Shown here one piece after another: positions 1 to 12,040 of a DNA stretch of 64,000 nt. A program made the position numbers and the translations under genes. The DNA is from Eledone cirrhosa (taxonomy: Eukaryota), in assembly GCA_964016885.1 (NCBI GenBank), contig OZ024746.1:11780001-11844000 (forward strand), in the 5' to 3' direction. Positions within the stretch are counted from its first letter, which is position 1, and every line of letters begins with the position of its first letter. The notes beneath the pieces are model-generated. The model was not told where the DNA came from. It ran no database searches and worked only from the letters and a program-made list of their open reading frames with translations.

Positions 1-164
1 ATTGAAGAGTAGATGTGATGTGTTGCAAACATTTTAAGTAGATCACTGGTTCCATTTCTGCAGAAATTGGTCTACAGAAGTTCAGACTGAGCGTCAGTCA
101 CATCAATGTCATCAATTTGAGAAGGTCTGCAAAGATCATGGCTACTGCTGCACCTTCCTGACTT

Positions 165-365
165 CATCATCATAGTTTAACGTCTATTTACCATGCTAGC
201 AAGGATTAGACAGGTTGTCCTATTTGAGGCAAGTCTTGCTCATTTCTGGTTTGGTTTCAATGCTTGGATGTCTTTCCTAACACCGACCACGTTTACTGTG
301 TGGGGTACGTGCTTTTTGTTGTGACCCCTACATGACCACTTTACAGTGTGGACTGGGAGCTTTTT
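165..365 (-). mobile_element. RTE-type LINE/SINE 3' tail fragment
   Basis: catcatcat..tttaacgtctatttaccatgctagc..ggatgtctttcctaacaccgaccac is the reverse complement of the RTE 3' UTR/tail seen at 33830-33988 and 54700-54852. Confidence 0.75.
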
Positions 366-489
366 AAAAAATGGCAGGGAAAGGAATAATCGGTACCTAG
401 AATAGTCTTAACCCTTTCGTTCGTTACTGTATTTCTAATGAAATACACTGGAGGAATTTAATAAAATAACTAAGTTTTTCATATTTATG

Positions 490-791
490 GATGTCTCATG
501 TGATTAGAATGTATCAGGAAAGAATCAGTGGACAGATTTTACAGGCAAAATCAACCAGCAGGAGACCCAGTGGTAAACCCTGAGTAAGATGGTTGGATAA
601 CATCCATGAGCTTGGCTGGTCTCACTTGGAGATCCAGCCGGATCAGTTGGAGAGGGTTGCTTCTGACAGGACTTGCTGGAAGGAATGTTTGAGGACTTTG
701 CCTCCACAACCCTCTCAGGAAGAAGAAGAAGAAGAAGAAGAAGAAGAAGAAGAAGAAGAAGAAGAAGAAGAAGAAGAAGAAGAAGAAGAAG

Positions 792-822
<31 letters not shown>
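490..822 (+). mobile_element. RTE-type LINE (family 2) 3' end with (GAA)n tail
   Basis: Translates ..RWLDNIHELGWSHLEIQPDQLERVASDRTCWKECLRTLPPQP, a typical RTE ORF C-terminus, running into a GAA array; related copies at 12385-12495 and 36790-37010. Confidence 0.8.
719..821 (+). repeat. (GAA)n microsatellite, expanded LINE tail
   Basis: About 34 perfect GAA units. Confidence 0.98.
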
Positions 823-945
823 TTTACCTGATATTTATAACGTTAGTTAACAATTTCTAAAATATAATTATGATGAAAGGTTTTGATATAAGGATAAACA
901 TTTTAAAATTAGCAGTTTTATAATATAAATCCAGGGTTGTACATA

Positions 946-956
946 TATGTGTGTGC

Positions 957-1018
<62 letters not shown>

Positions 1019-1131
1019 ATTTACGTAGACAACGAAACGTATGTGCATAATATATATATATATATCAGAAGATCCCGTTAAGGGTGAAAGCAGCGATTCT
1101 TTGCTTAAACTTTAATCTGTTATTTTAATAA

Positions 1132-1165
<34 letters not shown>
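946..1165. repeat. (TA)n/(TG)n microsatellite cluster
   Basis: Dinucleotide arrays at about 960-1018, 1050-1065 and 1138-1163. Confidence 0.95.
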
Positions 1166-1169
<4 letters not shown>

Positions 1170-1780
1170 GTGTGTATTTGTGTGAGTTTTACAAACTATG
1201 TATGTAAGTATGTATTATGTGTGTGTGTTAATGTATCAGTGAGTTTTACAACCCTCAGAGTCAATAAAACATTACAAGCAATCAATGCAAACCAGTAACC
1301 ATACCAATTTGTTCCTAATGCTAAGTGGTTACATATTACAAAATGTTTACAAAATATTTTAAAACAACCTTCTTTACTGATATTATGTGTAAGATTTCTC
1401 AGAAGACAGTGAAACTGCACAAATGTTTAAATATCATAACTGCTAAAAAAAATGTTTTAATAGTCAAATCTCCCTATAACCCCACACTGGTATCTTATAA
1501 AAAAAAAGACAGGACACATAAGAGCAGTGTTTCTCAGAGTTACACAGCAAAATTCTGAAGTTCTGCGAGATAACGAGATAACGAGATAAACAACTGCCTT
1601 CTACAGTACGTTTCATTTAACTTACGCAGCATATTTATTTGTTTACATGCACAGACTCTTCTACACACACACAACATTTAGGAAAACGGAAACAAAATAC
1701 AAAAAAAAAACAGACATTTTATTTCTATCGTAATCAAGTGCGCTAAACCTATATTGTTTACATTCTGTGTTTTTCTACGG

Positions 1781-2815
1781 ATGGGTAGAAATAACAAAAT
1801 TGCCATGGTGATATCCATCGATGAAATTTGCGACAAAACCGGTCGATGCCCCAAAATAGAACATTGCCCAGAAAATCACATCTGCCATATCTGTGCGGAA
1901 CCCGAAAACTCGTTCCGTAATCGCTGGGTCGAATGTGGAACCTGTCGCATCTCTATCTGCCTTCAATGCGCCACAGGCTTCCGGAGGATCCCAGGCCAAA
2001 AAAAGAGACATCATAATGCTATGATGGATGGAATATGGGAGATGGTCCAGCTAAAATCCTGGTCCTTTCAGTGTCTGGCCTGTGTGCCTGCCTCCACTAA
2101 TGTTATTGAAAAACAACAATAACAACAACATCAACAAAAACCAATGACTGTGTCTTCCTCTACCATTGTTACTGAACAACGGCAAAAACCTATGACACTG
2201 GCTTCTACTGCTATTCCTGTGGGAGAACATCAGAAACAACAACAACCCATGTCTTCCACTCCCAGTACATCTCGACACCAACAACTGGTGACTGTGTCTT
2301 CCCCTACCATTCCCGTGGAGGAACATCATCACCAACAACAACAACAACAACAGCAACAACCTGCGACTGTGTCCTTCCCTGCCATTCCCGTGGAGGAACA
2401 TCATCATCACCAACGACAGCAGCAGCAGCAACAACAACAACAACAACAACCGACCAGTACAGATTTTGCGGAACTGCAACTAATGATTTCTGCTCTGAGA
2501 AGGGAAGTTGCAGGAATAAAGGCAGGCATTCGGGTAGGACCCCACAATGAGGGGTCTTATCGGAATGCCTTGCTAAAGAATCTCCCTGTACCTCTTGCTG
2601 AAAAGACTGAAAAGACTGCGGAATCTGCTGCCCATGAAGTGATTGCCATTGGGGTACCAGAGGACAAGGCTGATCTTCAGGCATTTGCTGCCAGCTCAGC
2701 CAAAGACCTAGGCTGTGTTCCCCCAAAGGGTGCTCTCCGCCTTGGTCGACCTGGTCCAAAACCCAGACTCATCAGGCTGTCTTTTTCGGACCCCGCAGAG
2801 GCAACATACGTATGA
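1781..2815 (+). pseudogene. LINE ORF1: PHD-like zinc finger, Gln-rich repeats, coiled coil, truncated RRM-like region
   Basis: ORFs 1754-2122 and 2144-2815 are in the same frame, separated by one TAA (2120-2122) inside a CAA run; motifs CHIC..WVECGTC..ICLQC..FQCLAC and VIAIGVPE..LRLG..PRLIRLSF. Confidence 0.82.
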
Positions 2816-5281
2816 CCATGTCAACACTTCTGCTTGGTGTTGTTTATCGCCCCCCAAACTACCATCAGGACACACAGCTTTGCGATATCCTCAGAGTTGC
2901 TGCCAAGAAAACAGCCACTTATGTGTTTATTGCAGGTGACTTCAATCATCCAGAGATCGATTGGGAAACCTTTCGTTGGCCACAAGGTGCAAACGATTTC
3001 CTTGAACTAGTGCTGGACTCAAACTGGTCACAAGTAGTCACCTCTCCAACAAGAGGTGACAACACTTTGGACCTGATCTTCACCACTACTCCTGAAGTGG
3101 TTATCAGTTGTACTACTGAGGAACCTCTAGGCGACTCTGATCATGCTATGATCATTGCCAATCTGGCACTTGAGGGCAGCAACAAAAACCAAAGCCATCT
3201 CCAATCTGCTTGCTTTGATTGGAAGAGGGCGGATTGGAACTTGTACTGCACTGAGCTACAGCGCCCAAACTGGCATGAGATGTATAACTCTGGAGATGTG
3301 AACTCTATACTCCAGAGCATCCTGGACACAATATGGATAGCATGTGCAGCATCAGTGCCACGGAAGCGGAAAAATAACCACCCCAAAAGTGCAATCTGGG
3401 AAACTTCAGCGGTCCGACTTGCCAGGAAAGAACGTCGGAACGCTGAACGGGAATATAAACTGCATAGATCAGATGCCAACAGAAAAAAGCGGAATAAATC
3501 TTCTAACCATATCAAGCAAGTGACAAAGAAGGCAGTGCTTGAATTTGAACAGTGCATCGCAACCAATCCTGACAGTAAGGTGTTCTGGAAATATGTTCAT
3601 TCAAAGCAGAGACCTCACTCTCCAGTTGGTCCTCTTCGCAATCCCCACACAAGCCAGATCACTGACGATCCCAAGGAATGCGCAGAACTCATTGCTGAGT
3701 GCTATGCAAGTATTTTTACTGTTGAAAACCAGAATGTACCATCTCCACCATCTCTAACATCAAATTCCATAACAACTATGGAATTTACACCTGCAATGTT
3801 GCGACGTCACCTTAAGAATAAGCGCAACTATGCCTCCCCTGGTCTTGATGGTGTGACATACCTGCTTCTCAAACGTGGCGGGTATTTCCTTTTGCGCCAG
3901 CTTTCTTTCTTCTTTCAATACTGTCTCAACAATGTGGAAAACTGCCAGTGTCATTCCCCTGTTCAAAAAGGGCAACCGCATGTCACCTGTCAACTATCGT
4001 CCAGTCAGTCTTACTAGCTGTATGGCCAAACTGATGGAATCCTGTGTCAGAGAAACACTTTGGAACTTCTGGAGCTCTCACAGCCTCATCCGGCCCTCAC
4101 AGTTTGGATTTATCCCTAACTCCAGCTGCTGTGATCAGCTTATCGAGTTTCTTGAGGACATCACCCGGATCACTGACAGCGGCTCATGGGTGGATGTTGT
4201 TTACCTTGACTTTGCTAAGGCTTTTAATTCTGTGCCACACAAAAGACTTATGGCAAAACTCTCTGCAATGGGTGTGAGGGATGATCTTTTCGACTGGTTG
4301 AAATCCTTCATTCTCAGCCGAAAAGAAGTAGTCACGGTTCTAGGACAGCATTCTTCACCATATGAGATGTCATCTGGTGTACCACAGGGATCTGTTCTTG
4401 GTCCTCTTTTGCTTGTGGCATATATTAACGACATAGATGCCAACTTACAGAATGCCACGGTACTAAAATATGCAGATGACATCAAGCTGTACCTTGAAAT
4501 CAAAAGGACTGATCCTGAAATTTACAACTCTTTCCTACAATCAGACCTGGACACAATGCAGCAATGGATCACAGACTGGCAACTGAAGCTGGCTGTGGAC
4601 AAGTGTACCACCATGCATTTTGGAAGGAAAAATCCAGCGTCCACATACTCCCTCCACAACACTGATATCAAAAAGTCCTCTTGTGAACGTGACCTGGGCA
4701 TTACTGTCAGCAACGATTTGCGTTGGACAAAGCATGTCTCTAAGATTGTCAAGAAGGCCGAGGGTGTCTTGGCATCACTCAGCAAGACTTTTGTTAGCCG
4801 CTCTCCAGCCATCTATTTAAAACTGTATACAGCTGTGGTACAACCACACTTGGAATTCGCATCATCAGTCTGGAACCCCTATCTTGCTCAGAACATTGAC
4901 CTCCTGGAAACTGTTCAGAGACGTGCAACCAAGCGAATACCCTCCATCAGACACCTACCATACTCTGAACGCCTTGCTTCCCTGGGCATGGATTCATTGA
5001 AGCTCCGACGTCTGGCAATGGACTTGGTGAATACCCACAAAGTTTTTAGCCATCTCGCCGATTGCAACCCTGAGCGCCTCTTTGATCTCCATGTGTCTAA
5101 CACACGTGGACATGCCTACAAGATCAGAAAACAGTACAGTTCCCATAACTTTCGTAGACATTTTTTCACGCTCAGAGTTGCTGAAGCAAGGAACAAACTG
5201 CCTGCGTCAATTGTTAGCTGCCGAGACACTGCATCCTTTAAGACACTCATGCTTCCCGAAATACGCCAAAACTACACCTGA
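2812..5281 (+). pseudogene. LINE ORF2: C-terminal half of APE endonuclease plus reverse transcriptase, frameshift near 3932
   Basis: VVYRPP, GDFNHPEIDW, PTRGDNTLDLIFT, SDH (endonuclease); WKTASVIPLFKKG, NYRPVSLTS, QFGF, YLDFAKAF, GVPQGSVLGP, YADD, ERDLGI (CR1-type RT). Confidence 0.93.
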
Positions 5282-5313
5282 TGTACCCCTCCATACACAT
5301 GCACACATGTGTG

Positions 5314-5575
5314 TATCATGACTCGTGCACTGTTCATTTTACTGATGTTTGTGCATTGCCCTATGTACTGTACATGCACTTTTTTGATGAGTTGTGGTGC
5401 ACCTGGACACTGTACACAATATTTCATTATTGTTATTGTTATTATATCATGACTCGTACACTGTTCATTTTCCTGACATTTGTACATTATTCTATGTACT
5501 ATACATGCACCTTTGATGAGTTGTAGTGCACCTGAGCACTGTACACAATAATTTCATTATTATTATTATTATTAT
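5314..5575 (+). repeat. Tandem duplication (2 x ~131 bp) of the LINE 3' terminus
   Basis: 5314-5444 and 5445-5575 both start tatcatgactcgt and end ctgtacacaata..tttcattatt tail. Confidence 0.92.
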
Positions 5576-5681
5576 AAAGTATCTTTCTAAAAAATTTTAT
5601 AAATAATTATAACTTATTAAAATTATGTTGGTGGTGAGAGTCCATAAAAAAATATAGTTTCCAAAAGTCTGGGAAAATTAC

Positions 5682-5811
<130 letters not shown>

Positions 5812-5829
5812 ATGCATGTATCCGCAACT

Positions 5830-5980
5830 CCTAATGGACTCATAGGAACACTGTGGTGACATAGAGCATTTCTTTGGCAATTTTTTAAAATCTGGTGGAG
5901 CCCATCTCCTCTCCAGCTCTGAATACAGCTGATTTTTCCCAGAGAAGAAGAGGGATAGAGATAAAGAGAAAGTGAGAAAG
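5830..5980 (-). repeat. Unclassified dispersed repeat, second copy at ~45990-46115 (+)
   Basis: Shared ttctct..gctgta(t/c)tcaga..gatgggctccaccag(a/g)ttttaaaa. Confidence 0.6.
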
Positions 5981-6064
5981 AAATATAGAGGAAGAATCGG
6001 CCCTAGTACAAAACAGATGAAAAGCAAAGTTGTATGTGTATGAATATATATATGTATATATATT

Positions 6065-6452
6065 AATAATAATAATAATAATTGTCTCTACTTTTGGTAC
6101 AAGGCCAGCAATAATCCCAGTGCATTACTGGTACTTTATTTTATCGACCCCGTAAGGATGAAAAGCAAAATTAACTTCGGCGGGATTTGAACTCAGATCG
6201 TAAAGGTCCGTAACTCTATGCTGCAAAGCATGGCGTCCGACTCTCTACCGATTCTATAATAATTGTTTCTACTTTTGGCACCAGGCCAGGAATTATACCA
6301 GTGCATTACTGGTACTTTATTTTATCGTCCCCGTAAGGATGAAAGGCAAAGTTAACCTCGGCGGGATTTGAACTCAGATCATAAAGGGGGGTAACTTTAT
6401 GCTTCAAAGCATGGCGCCCGACCCTCTACCGATACTGCCAATCCACCAATAA
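6065..6452 (-). mobile_element. Two tandem tRNA-derived SINEs (family A)
   Basis: Reverse strand shows a B-box-like gagttcaaatccc, central gcctttcatccttacggggtcgataaaataaagtaccag and (ATT)n tail, twice. Confidence 0.9.
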
Positions 6453-7499
6453 TTATAACAAGTGGCGAGAGAGGCATCCTTTAACTGAATTAACTAAACT
6501 CATGTATGCCATTGACTCATTCGAGTTATTTCCCTTGGTTGACCTTTTTTTCAGCCATTTGATACTAAGTTGCCCAGAGAGGAAGGCAGTGGTATAAACG
6601 CAAGGGTAGTCTATATGAAGTTGTTCCCCTTTGTAGCAAAATTTCCATAACATTTTGTAAGTGAAGAAGTGATAAAAAAAAGATAAGTGTCCTTTATTCT
6701 AACGATCTGGAAAGGATTATAATCAAAGTCGATTTTATTGTGTTTCGAACTCGGAGCATACCGTGCATAAGCAAATACTGTTGATCATTTGATCTATTAC
6801 TAACGATTCTAAGAACTCACCATTCATCATAACAATACACTTTTCAAGGTAGGTAATTCTAATTTTATATTATTTTTATATGTTCGACAACGCAGCTGTT
6901 GTTTATTCTTATATGAAACCAAATTACTTAACGTGTGCTGTAGATTTCCCTGAAAAATACACGAACAATACAATCCTATATTACCTAAAATACAGGGTAC
7001 TTCTGCTTAAACAAAAAGAAATTATTGTTGACAATTCATATAGCGTCAAATGTCGTAAAGATTCTTGTATTTAGATAAAAAGAAATTAATTTCAACATTT
7101 TGTACAGTGCCTGGTACCGTATAGTGAAAATAAGCGCTAGATGAGAAACTTCGAAACATAGATTTGACTTTTTAATAAGATTTTAAGGGAATTTCTCGAA
7201 CGTTTCTTTCCCATCAAAGTCAAAATAAATCCTATGTGATATTAGAATTGTTGAAAAAATAATTTTCAATTTTTAATGCACCTTACACGTCTGCTGTCAC
7301 GACCCACACACAGTTCAATAAATTTGTTCTAAGGTGGTGAGGTGGCAAAGGTGGTAGTTTCATATTTCTGTTTGAGTCACCAATTTGTAGTTTTCATCCA
7401 TCTAGTGTTAACAATAAATAATGTGTAAATTTTATTCACAGTTGTATAAATAACATTACAAATTGTTCACAATTCTTTCAGAATAAAAATATAAACACA

Positions 7500-7668
7500 T
7501 AATAAATACAATTAACTAGTGTTAGGAACCGCACAAATATAACACACCAAAATATACGACCAGCGCGAGAGAAAGAAAAAAAATAGGGAGGCAGACAAAA
7601 ACAAAAACGACCATCAATTCACCACCAAGTGCGACAATCGGCTGGACATCACAAGAGTCAATGGAATA
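7500..7668 (-). mobile_element. 3' UTR fragment of the CRE-like LINE family at 27476-27800
   Basis: aaatacaattaacta..cacaaatataacacaccaaaatata..gaccatcaattcacca..catcacaag matches 27476-27630. Confidence 0.75.
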
Positions 7669-8414
7669 AATAATTACGTTTCATATACTGAAGTTGATCC
7701 TATCAACTATATCACTTCTCTACAAATTTTTGTGACCTTCTGTCAATGTAAAAATTCATTAAAATTATTAAACCTGGCAAATTTATAGTCAAGAAATCAA
7801 CATATAAATTCTTTTTGATTAGTCACAAAATCATGTATTTTGAAGAGGAAGGTACATGGGATGATAAGTTATACATACTTTCGAAATACCTGTGAATTTT
7901 AGTGTTGTCACTACTTACAGCAGTGGTGAGCTATTTTTAGATTAAGAGGACTAGATCTTCTGAGAAATAAGTGTCTTGGCTACAGATACAATGTAGTGTC
8001 AGTGGCCTTATGGTGACTTCGTCGTTATTATTATTATTATTAGTTTGTTTAGTGTACCTTAGTTTGTTGATATTCTTTCTCTTTCACTCATTGTCTCTGT
8101 CTCTCTCACTCTCCCCATTTCTCAATATTATATACAAATGGGAGCCCACATGCTGGTTGCCCTGCAGTCCCAGAGGAGGTTATCATGGTACGAATATTAA
8201 TCATTAATAAATTCTGTGATTAAGAAGCTCACTTTGCAACTACAGTACAGGACATTATCTAACGGCCTTAGTTTGAACAAGTGTTTTTTGGGGGGAGGGG
8301 TTGTTTTTTTGTGAGTGTTTTATCATATTTTCAGGTTGAGCAATATTTTGTGAATGAAATTTAGTAGATGAAATATATGTAGAAGCCTGTTGTGTGATGG
8401 TTGGCTAAAAAGTT

Positions 8415-9145
8415 CATAATGTGACCAAATGAGGTTTATTTTTAAACATAGTCCCACTTGCAGTCCACACACTTCTTTCGTCGGTGTTACAGTGCTTGGA
8501 TTCCATTGGTAAAGAAGCTTTCATCCTGTTGGTCAAAAAAGTTATTAACAGCAGATATGATGTCATCATCACTGCAATAGATTCCCAGTGTTTTTTCATG
8601 TTGGGGAAAAGATAATAGTCAGATTAGGCGAAATCAGGAGAAAAGGGAGGGTGATCAACCAGTTCAAAGCCACAGTCATGCACAGCAGCCATTGAAACCA
8701 AGGACTTGTATGTTGGAACATTGTCCTTGTGAAACAAGACCCTTTTCGACAGTTTTCCTGGCGTTTAGTCTTGATAGCCTTTTATAACTGCCTCAACAAT
8801 TTGGCATAGTACTCTCCATTGATGGGGTGGCTCTTTTAAAGATAGTCAATAAACACAATGCTTTTTCCATTCCAAAAAAACTGAGGCCATCACCTTTCCT
8901 GCATATGAAACAAACTTGGCCTTCTTTGGAGCAGGTGAGGAGGGGTGTTTCTATTGCATGGATTGTCCCTTTGTCTCTGGCTCAGTGATGAACCCAACAG
9001 TCATTCTGGGTTAAGAAACGTTCAAGGAAACCAGCTGGATCTGCCTCAAACAATGTTTTTCTCGTGTTGTGATCAACCTGGCACGCTTTTGATCAGGTGA
9101 CAAAAGACGTAGCACCCACTGAGCAGAAACCTTCATCATGCCAGT
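8415..9145 (-). mobile_element. Decayed mariner transposase fragment
   Basis: Minus-strand translation gives HPPFSPDFA*SDYYLFPNMKK..FFTNGIQAL..KKCVD, matching the mariner HPPYSPDLAPSD motif and C-terminus; multiple stops. Confidence 0.85.
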
Positions 9146-10299
9146 TTATGTTGCCCAAATAATTCATAAATGCTCTTTTGTATCTCGCTTCTCCCATTCT
9201 TGATTGATCCTCTTTGGTGGGCATCATCCTCTACAACATAGATTGTTTCATGTAGGAATAGAAGAAGCTTGATTTATTTGTTCTAGGGCAGGATAAATTA
9301 ACTCAGAGAATTTGGGAAAATTTACAGTTTTTCATATTTCTACTTTCTTTTTAATAAATCTGATCAATATCGAGGTGTTGCTTACTTTCTGTCTGTTAAA
9401 GAATGTAAAGATTCGACTTTAGTAGATTGTTATTTTATCGGTCCAGATACAATGGATACAGAATCCATCCTCAACTACACAGAACTAGTTACAATAAAAC
9501 CTTTAATCTACTGCCGCCCACTTTTCTTATTTTGGTTTTCTATACTTTTTACTATTTTCTATGAATTACCTCCCATACGTAAAAAGATATTTAAAATGTT
9601 CATTCCAGCTACTAAAGGGAAATAACTTCTCAGTTTGATAATCTATATTTTTTTTAATGAAGAAAAAAGAAAATAGACAATAGTCAGATGGAACATTAAT
9701 ATATTTTAGAGAACTGTTTCAGTTTATTTTACAAAGCAGTTTATACAAAAGCATAACACATTATTAAATCACCTTTTGCTAATAATGATCCAATACTTGC
9801 CAATGCTAACACCACTAGCCTATTTGAATTCCAATGAATATAAATTAAACATTTGAAGTGCTTTTGTCTTTCAAATGTTTGTGAAGAGACTCAAGGACTT
9901 AAGTCTCTTCACAAACTGACAAAGAAAAACAATATCATATGCTGTTGATTATTTTTCCACCCTGAAATATAAACATGAGCAGAAAATGTGTTTCCCCAAT
10001 TGTCCAACTTCTTCCAACATGGGAAAGCAGCTACCACCTTCAACCCCATACCAAGTCCAACCCATACCAACATTCAAACATAGATGACTCCCTGAAACCA
10101 TGCCAGTATGGAAAACCAATGTATGAACTAGATGTGGTCTTCTGTCTCCCTAGTTACAGACAACCCATCTGGCCCAGGCAGGCATGGGAAACAAATGTTT
10201 AATGATAAGGATGATGTACTTCCCTGTTACTCCACACTCCTGATAAACCTTTACTATCCAACCCATACATAGAAAACCAAACAAAAAAAACAGATCAAA

Positions 10300-10725
10300 G
10301 TGCAAGTAGAAGTTCATCTGGGTTTGGTTTTCAGCCCACTGCAGTTCATCATAGTTCTCCAGGCCATAACAGAGGATTTTAAAACTGGCTGTTCATGGGA
10401 ACCTCTCTAAGTGGATGATCTCGTCCTTATAGATGACTCCATAAAAGAACTAGAGAATAAGTTCCAACTATGGAAACAGAATTTGGAATCAAAACATTTG
10501 AGAGTAAACTTATCCAAAACTAAAGTGTGAGTAAGTAGGAAAGAAAATAGAACCCTGATTCCTTCAGGGAAGTGGCCTTGCTCAGTATGTAGAAAAGTAG
10601 GCATAAACTCTGTACAACATACACAATGTAAATCTTGGGTACACAAGAGATGTAGGGGGATAACAGGTAGACTAACAGGAAGGGGAGACTTTGTATGGAG
10701 AAAATACACAGGGGTAATCAAAGGA
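10300..10725 (+). mobile_element. RTE-type RT fragment with embedded PHD-like finger
   Basis: VHLGLVFSPLQFIIVLQAI..WEPL*VDDLVL..VNLSKTKV..WPCSVCRK..TQCKSWVHKRC. Confidence 0.85.
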
Positions 10726-10876
10726 AGAGAAATTACTATATGTGACAAAATTATAATTTTTGATGATATTAAGGATAAGAAAAATCCATCAGAAATTTTC
10801 TTTTCCATGACCAAGAACATTAGTCATTTATATATAGTAATTTCTTTTCCTTTTTAGAATATTGTAAAATAATATT

Positions 10877-11117
10877 TTAATCCTTTTTATACCAACCGAC
10901 CAAAAACCACTCCAATTCTATAACAAACCTCTTGTTTTAAAGCATTCTTATTTAAATAAAAAATTATTATTACAGAAAAATAGCTTTAAGTACTAAACTC
11001 CAGCTTAATCATATAGTTACTTATTTTCATAAATTCCTTCAATTTGTTGAATACTTACACAATTAATTGAAAAACATAGGTGGTGTATTTTATTAGAAAA
11101 ATGCTAGAAAGGGCTAA
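10877..11117 (+). mobile_element. TTAA-flanked MITE family 2 (diverged)
   Basis: ttaatccttttt..gaaagggctaa ends; interior resembles 28153-28405 and 46913-47179. Confidence 0.6.
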
Positions 11118-11412
11118 TTTTTTTGTTTTTTACGTATGACATTATTTATAATTGAGTATTTCTGTTATAAATTAGTGAGGTCTACAATCAACAATGTATT
11201 GCTAATTTTATCAATGCCAGCCCTATTTGCTCAAATTTGTGACAAGCTTTTTTTACTTTTTCAAAACCTGTCCTACAAAAATATTACATCAATATTACTT
11301 TAATTCTTTCAATACCATCCCACCCAAAACCATCTCTGGTTCCATGAAAAAAAAACGCTCATTTTATATATGAACCTTTTTGTTATTTTACAAATAACAT
11401 CTCAATAATGAC

Positions 11413-11598
11413 TTCTAATTTTTGCACAAGGCCAGCAATATTTTGGGGATGGGAAAGTCAATTATATCAACTTCAGTACTTTTATCAACTTTGGATGGAT
11501 AAAAGGCAAAGTTGACCTCAGCAAAATTTGAACTCAAAATGTAAAGATCCAGAACAAATATTGTTAAGTATCTGTCCAATACTGCCAATAAACTGCCT
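11413..11598 (-). mobile_element. SINE family A
   Basis: gcacaaggccagcaat..aaaggcaaagttgacctcagcaaaatttgaactc. Confidence 0.8.
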
Positions 11599-11608
11599 TT
11601 ATATCATG

Positions 11609-11835
11609 TTAACTCTTTAGCATTCACATTACTCTATATATTCTATTATATTTTCATGGTAAAGGCTTTACCTCACATAATATCTTACATAATATCGAAT
11701 CTATGAGATTTTGAAAGTATTTATTTTGAGAACAATACCTTAACATCAGTTTGAGCGACCAGTTACAGCCAGTTTCAACAGAAAGAGGTAGAGAATTCTG
11801 GCTGGTTTTGGCCGGTTTGAACATTAAAAGGTTAA
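11609..11835 (-). mobile_element. TTAA-flanked MITE family 1 (piggyBac-like ends)
   Basis: ttaactctttagcatt..acattaaaaggttaa; reverse complement of the copies at 23701, 61959 and 63576. Confidence 0.8.
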
Positions 11836-12040
11836 TAATTGTTTCTATTTTGAGCACAAGGTCAGCAATTTGAAGGGAAGGGAAAAGTCGATTGAACTGA
11901 CCCCAGTGCATTACTGGTTCTTTATTCTGTTGACCCTGTAAGGATGAAAGACAAAGCGGGATTTGAACTCAGAATATAAATGGCTGTAACTATATGTTGC
12001 AAAGTATGTTGTCTGATGATACTGCCCATCTACTGCCCTT
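11836..12040 (-). mobile_element. SINE family A
   Basis: gcacaaggtcagcaatt..ccccagtgcattactgg..gtaaggatgaaag..gggatttgaactcagaa. Confidence 0.85.

Larger units (their letters stand above)
1560..5575 (+). mobile_element. Near full-length but defective CR1-clade LINE
   Basis: GC-richer block with ORF1 (Cys finger, coiled coil, RLG..RLIRLSF), ORF2 (APE endonuclease half plus RT) and an (ATT)n tail; 5' boundary uncertain. Confidence 0.9.

Noticed and set aside
593-850. 85 aa ORF with long poly-Glu
   Set aside because: It is an RTE C-terminal remnant reading into its (GAA)n tail, not an acidic host protein.
3141-5103. Antisense ORFs within the CR1 element
   Set aside because: Shadow frames of ORF2 with no independent motifs.
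5557-5575. CR1 element as the partner LINE of SINE A
   Set aside because: Both end in (ATT)n, but I see no shared sequence upstream of the tail.
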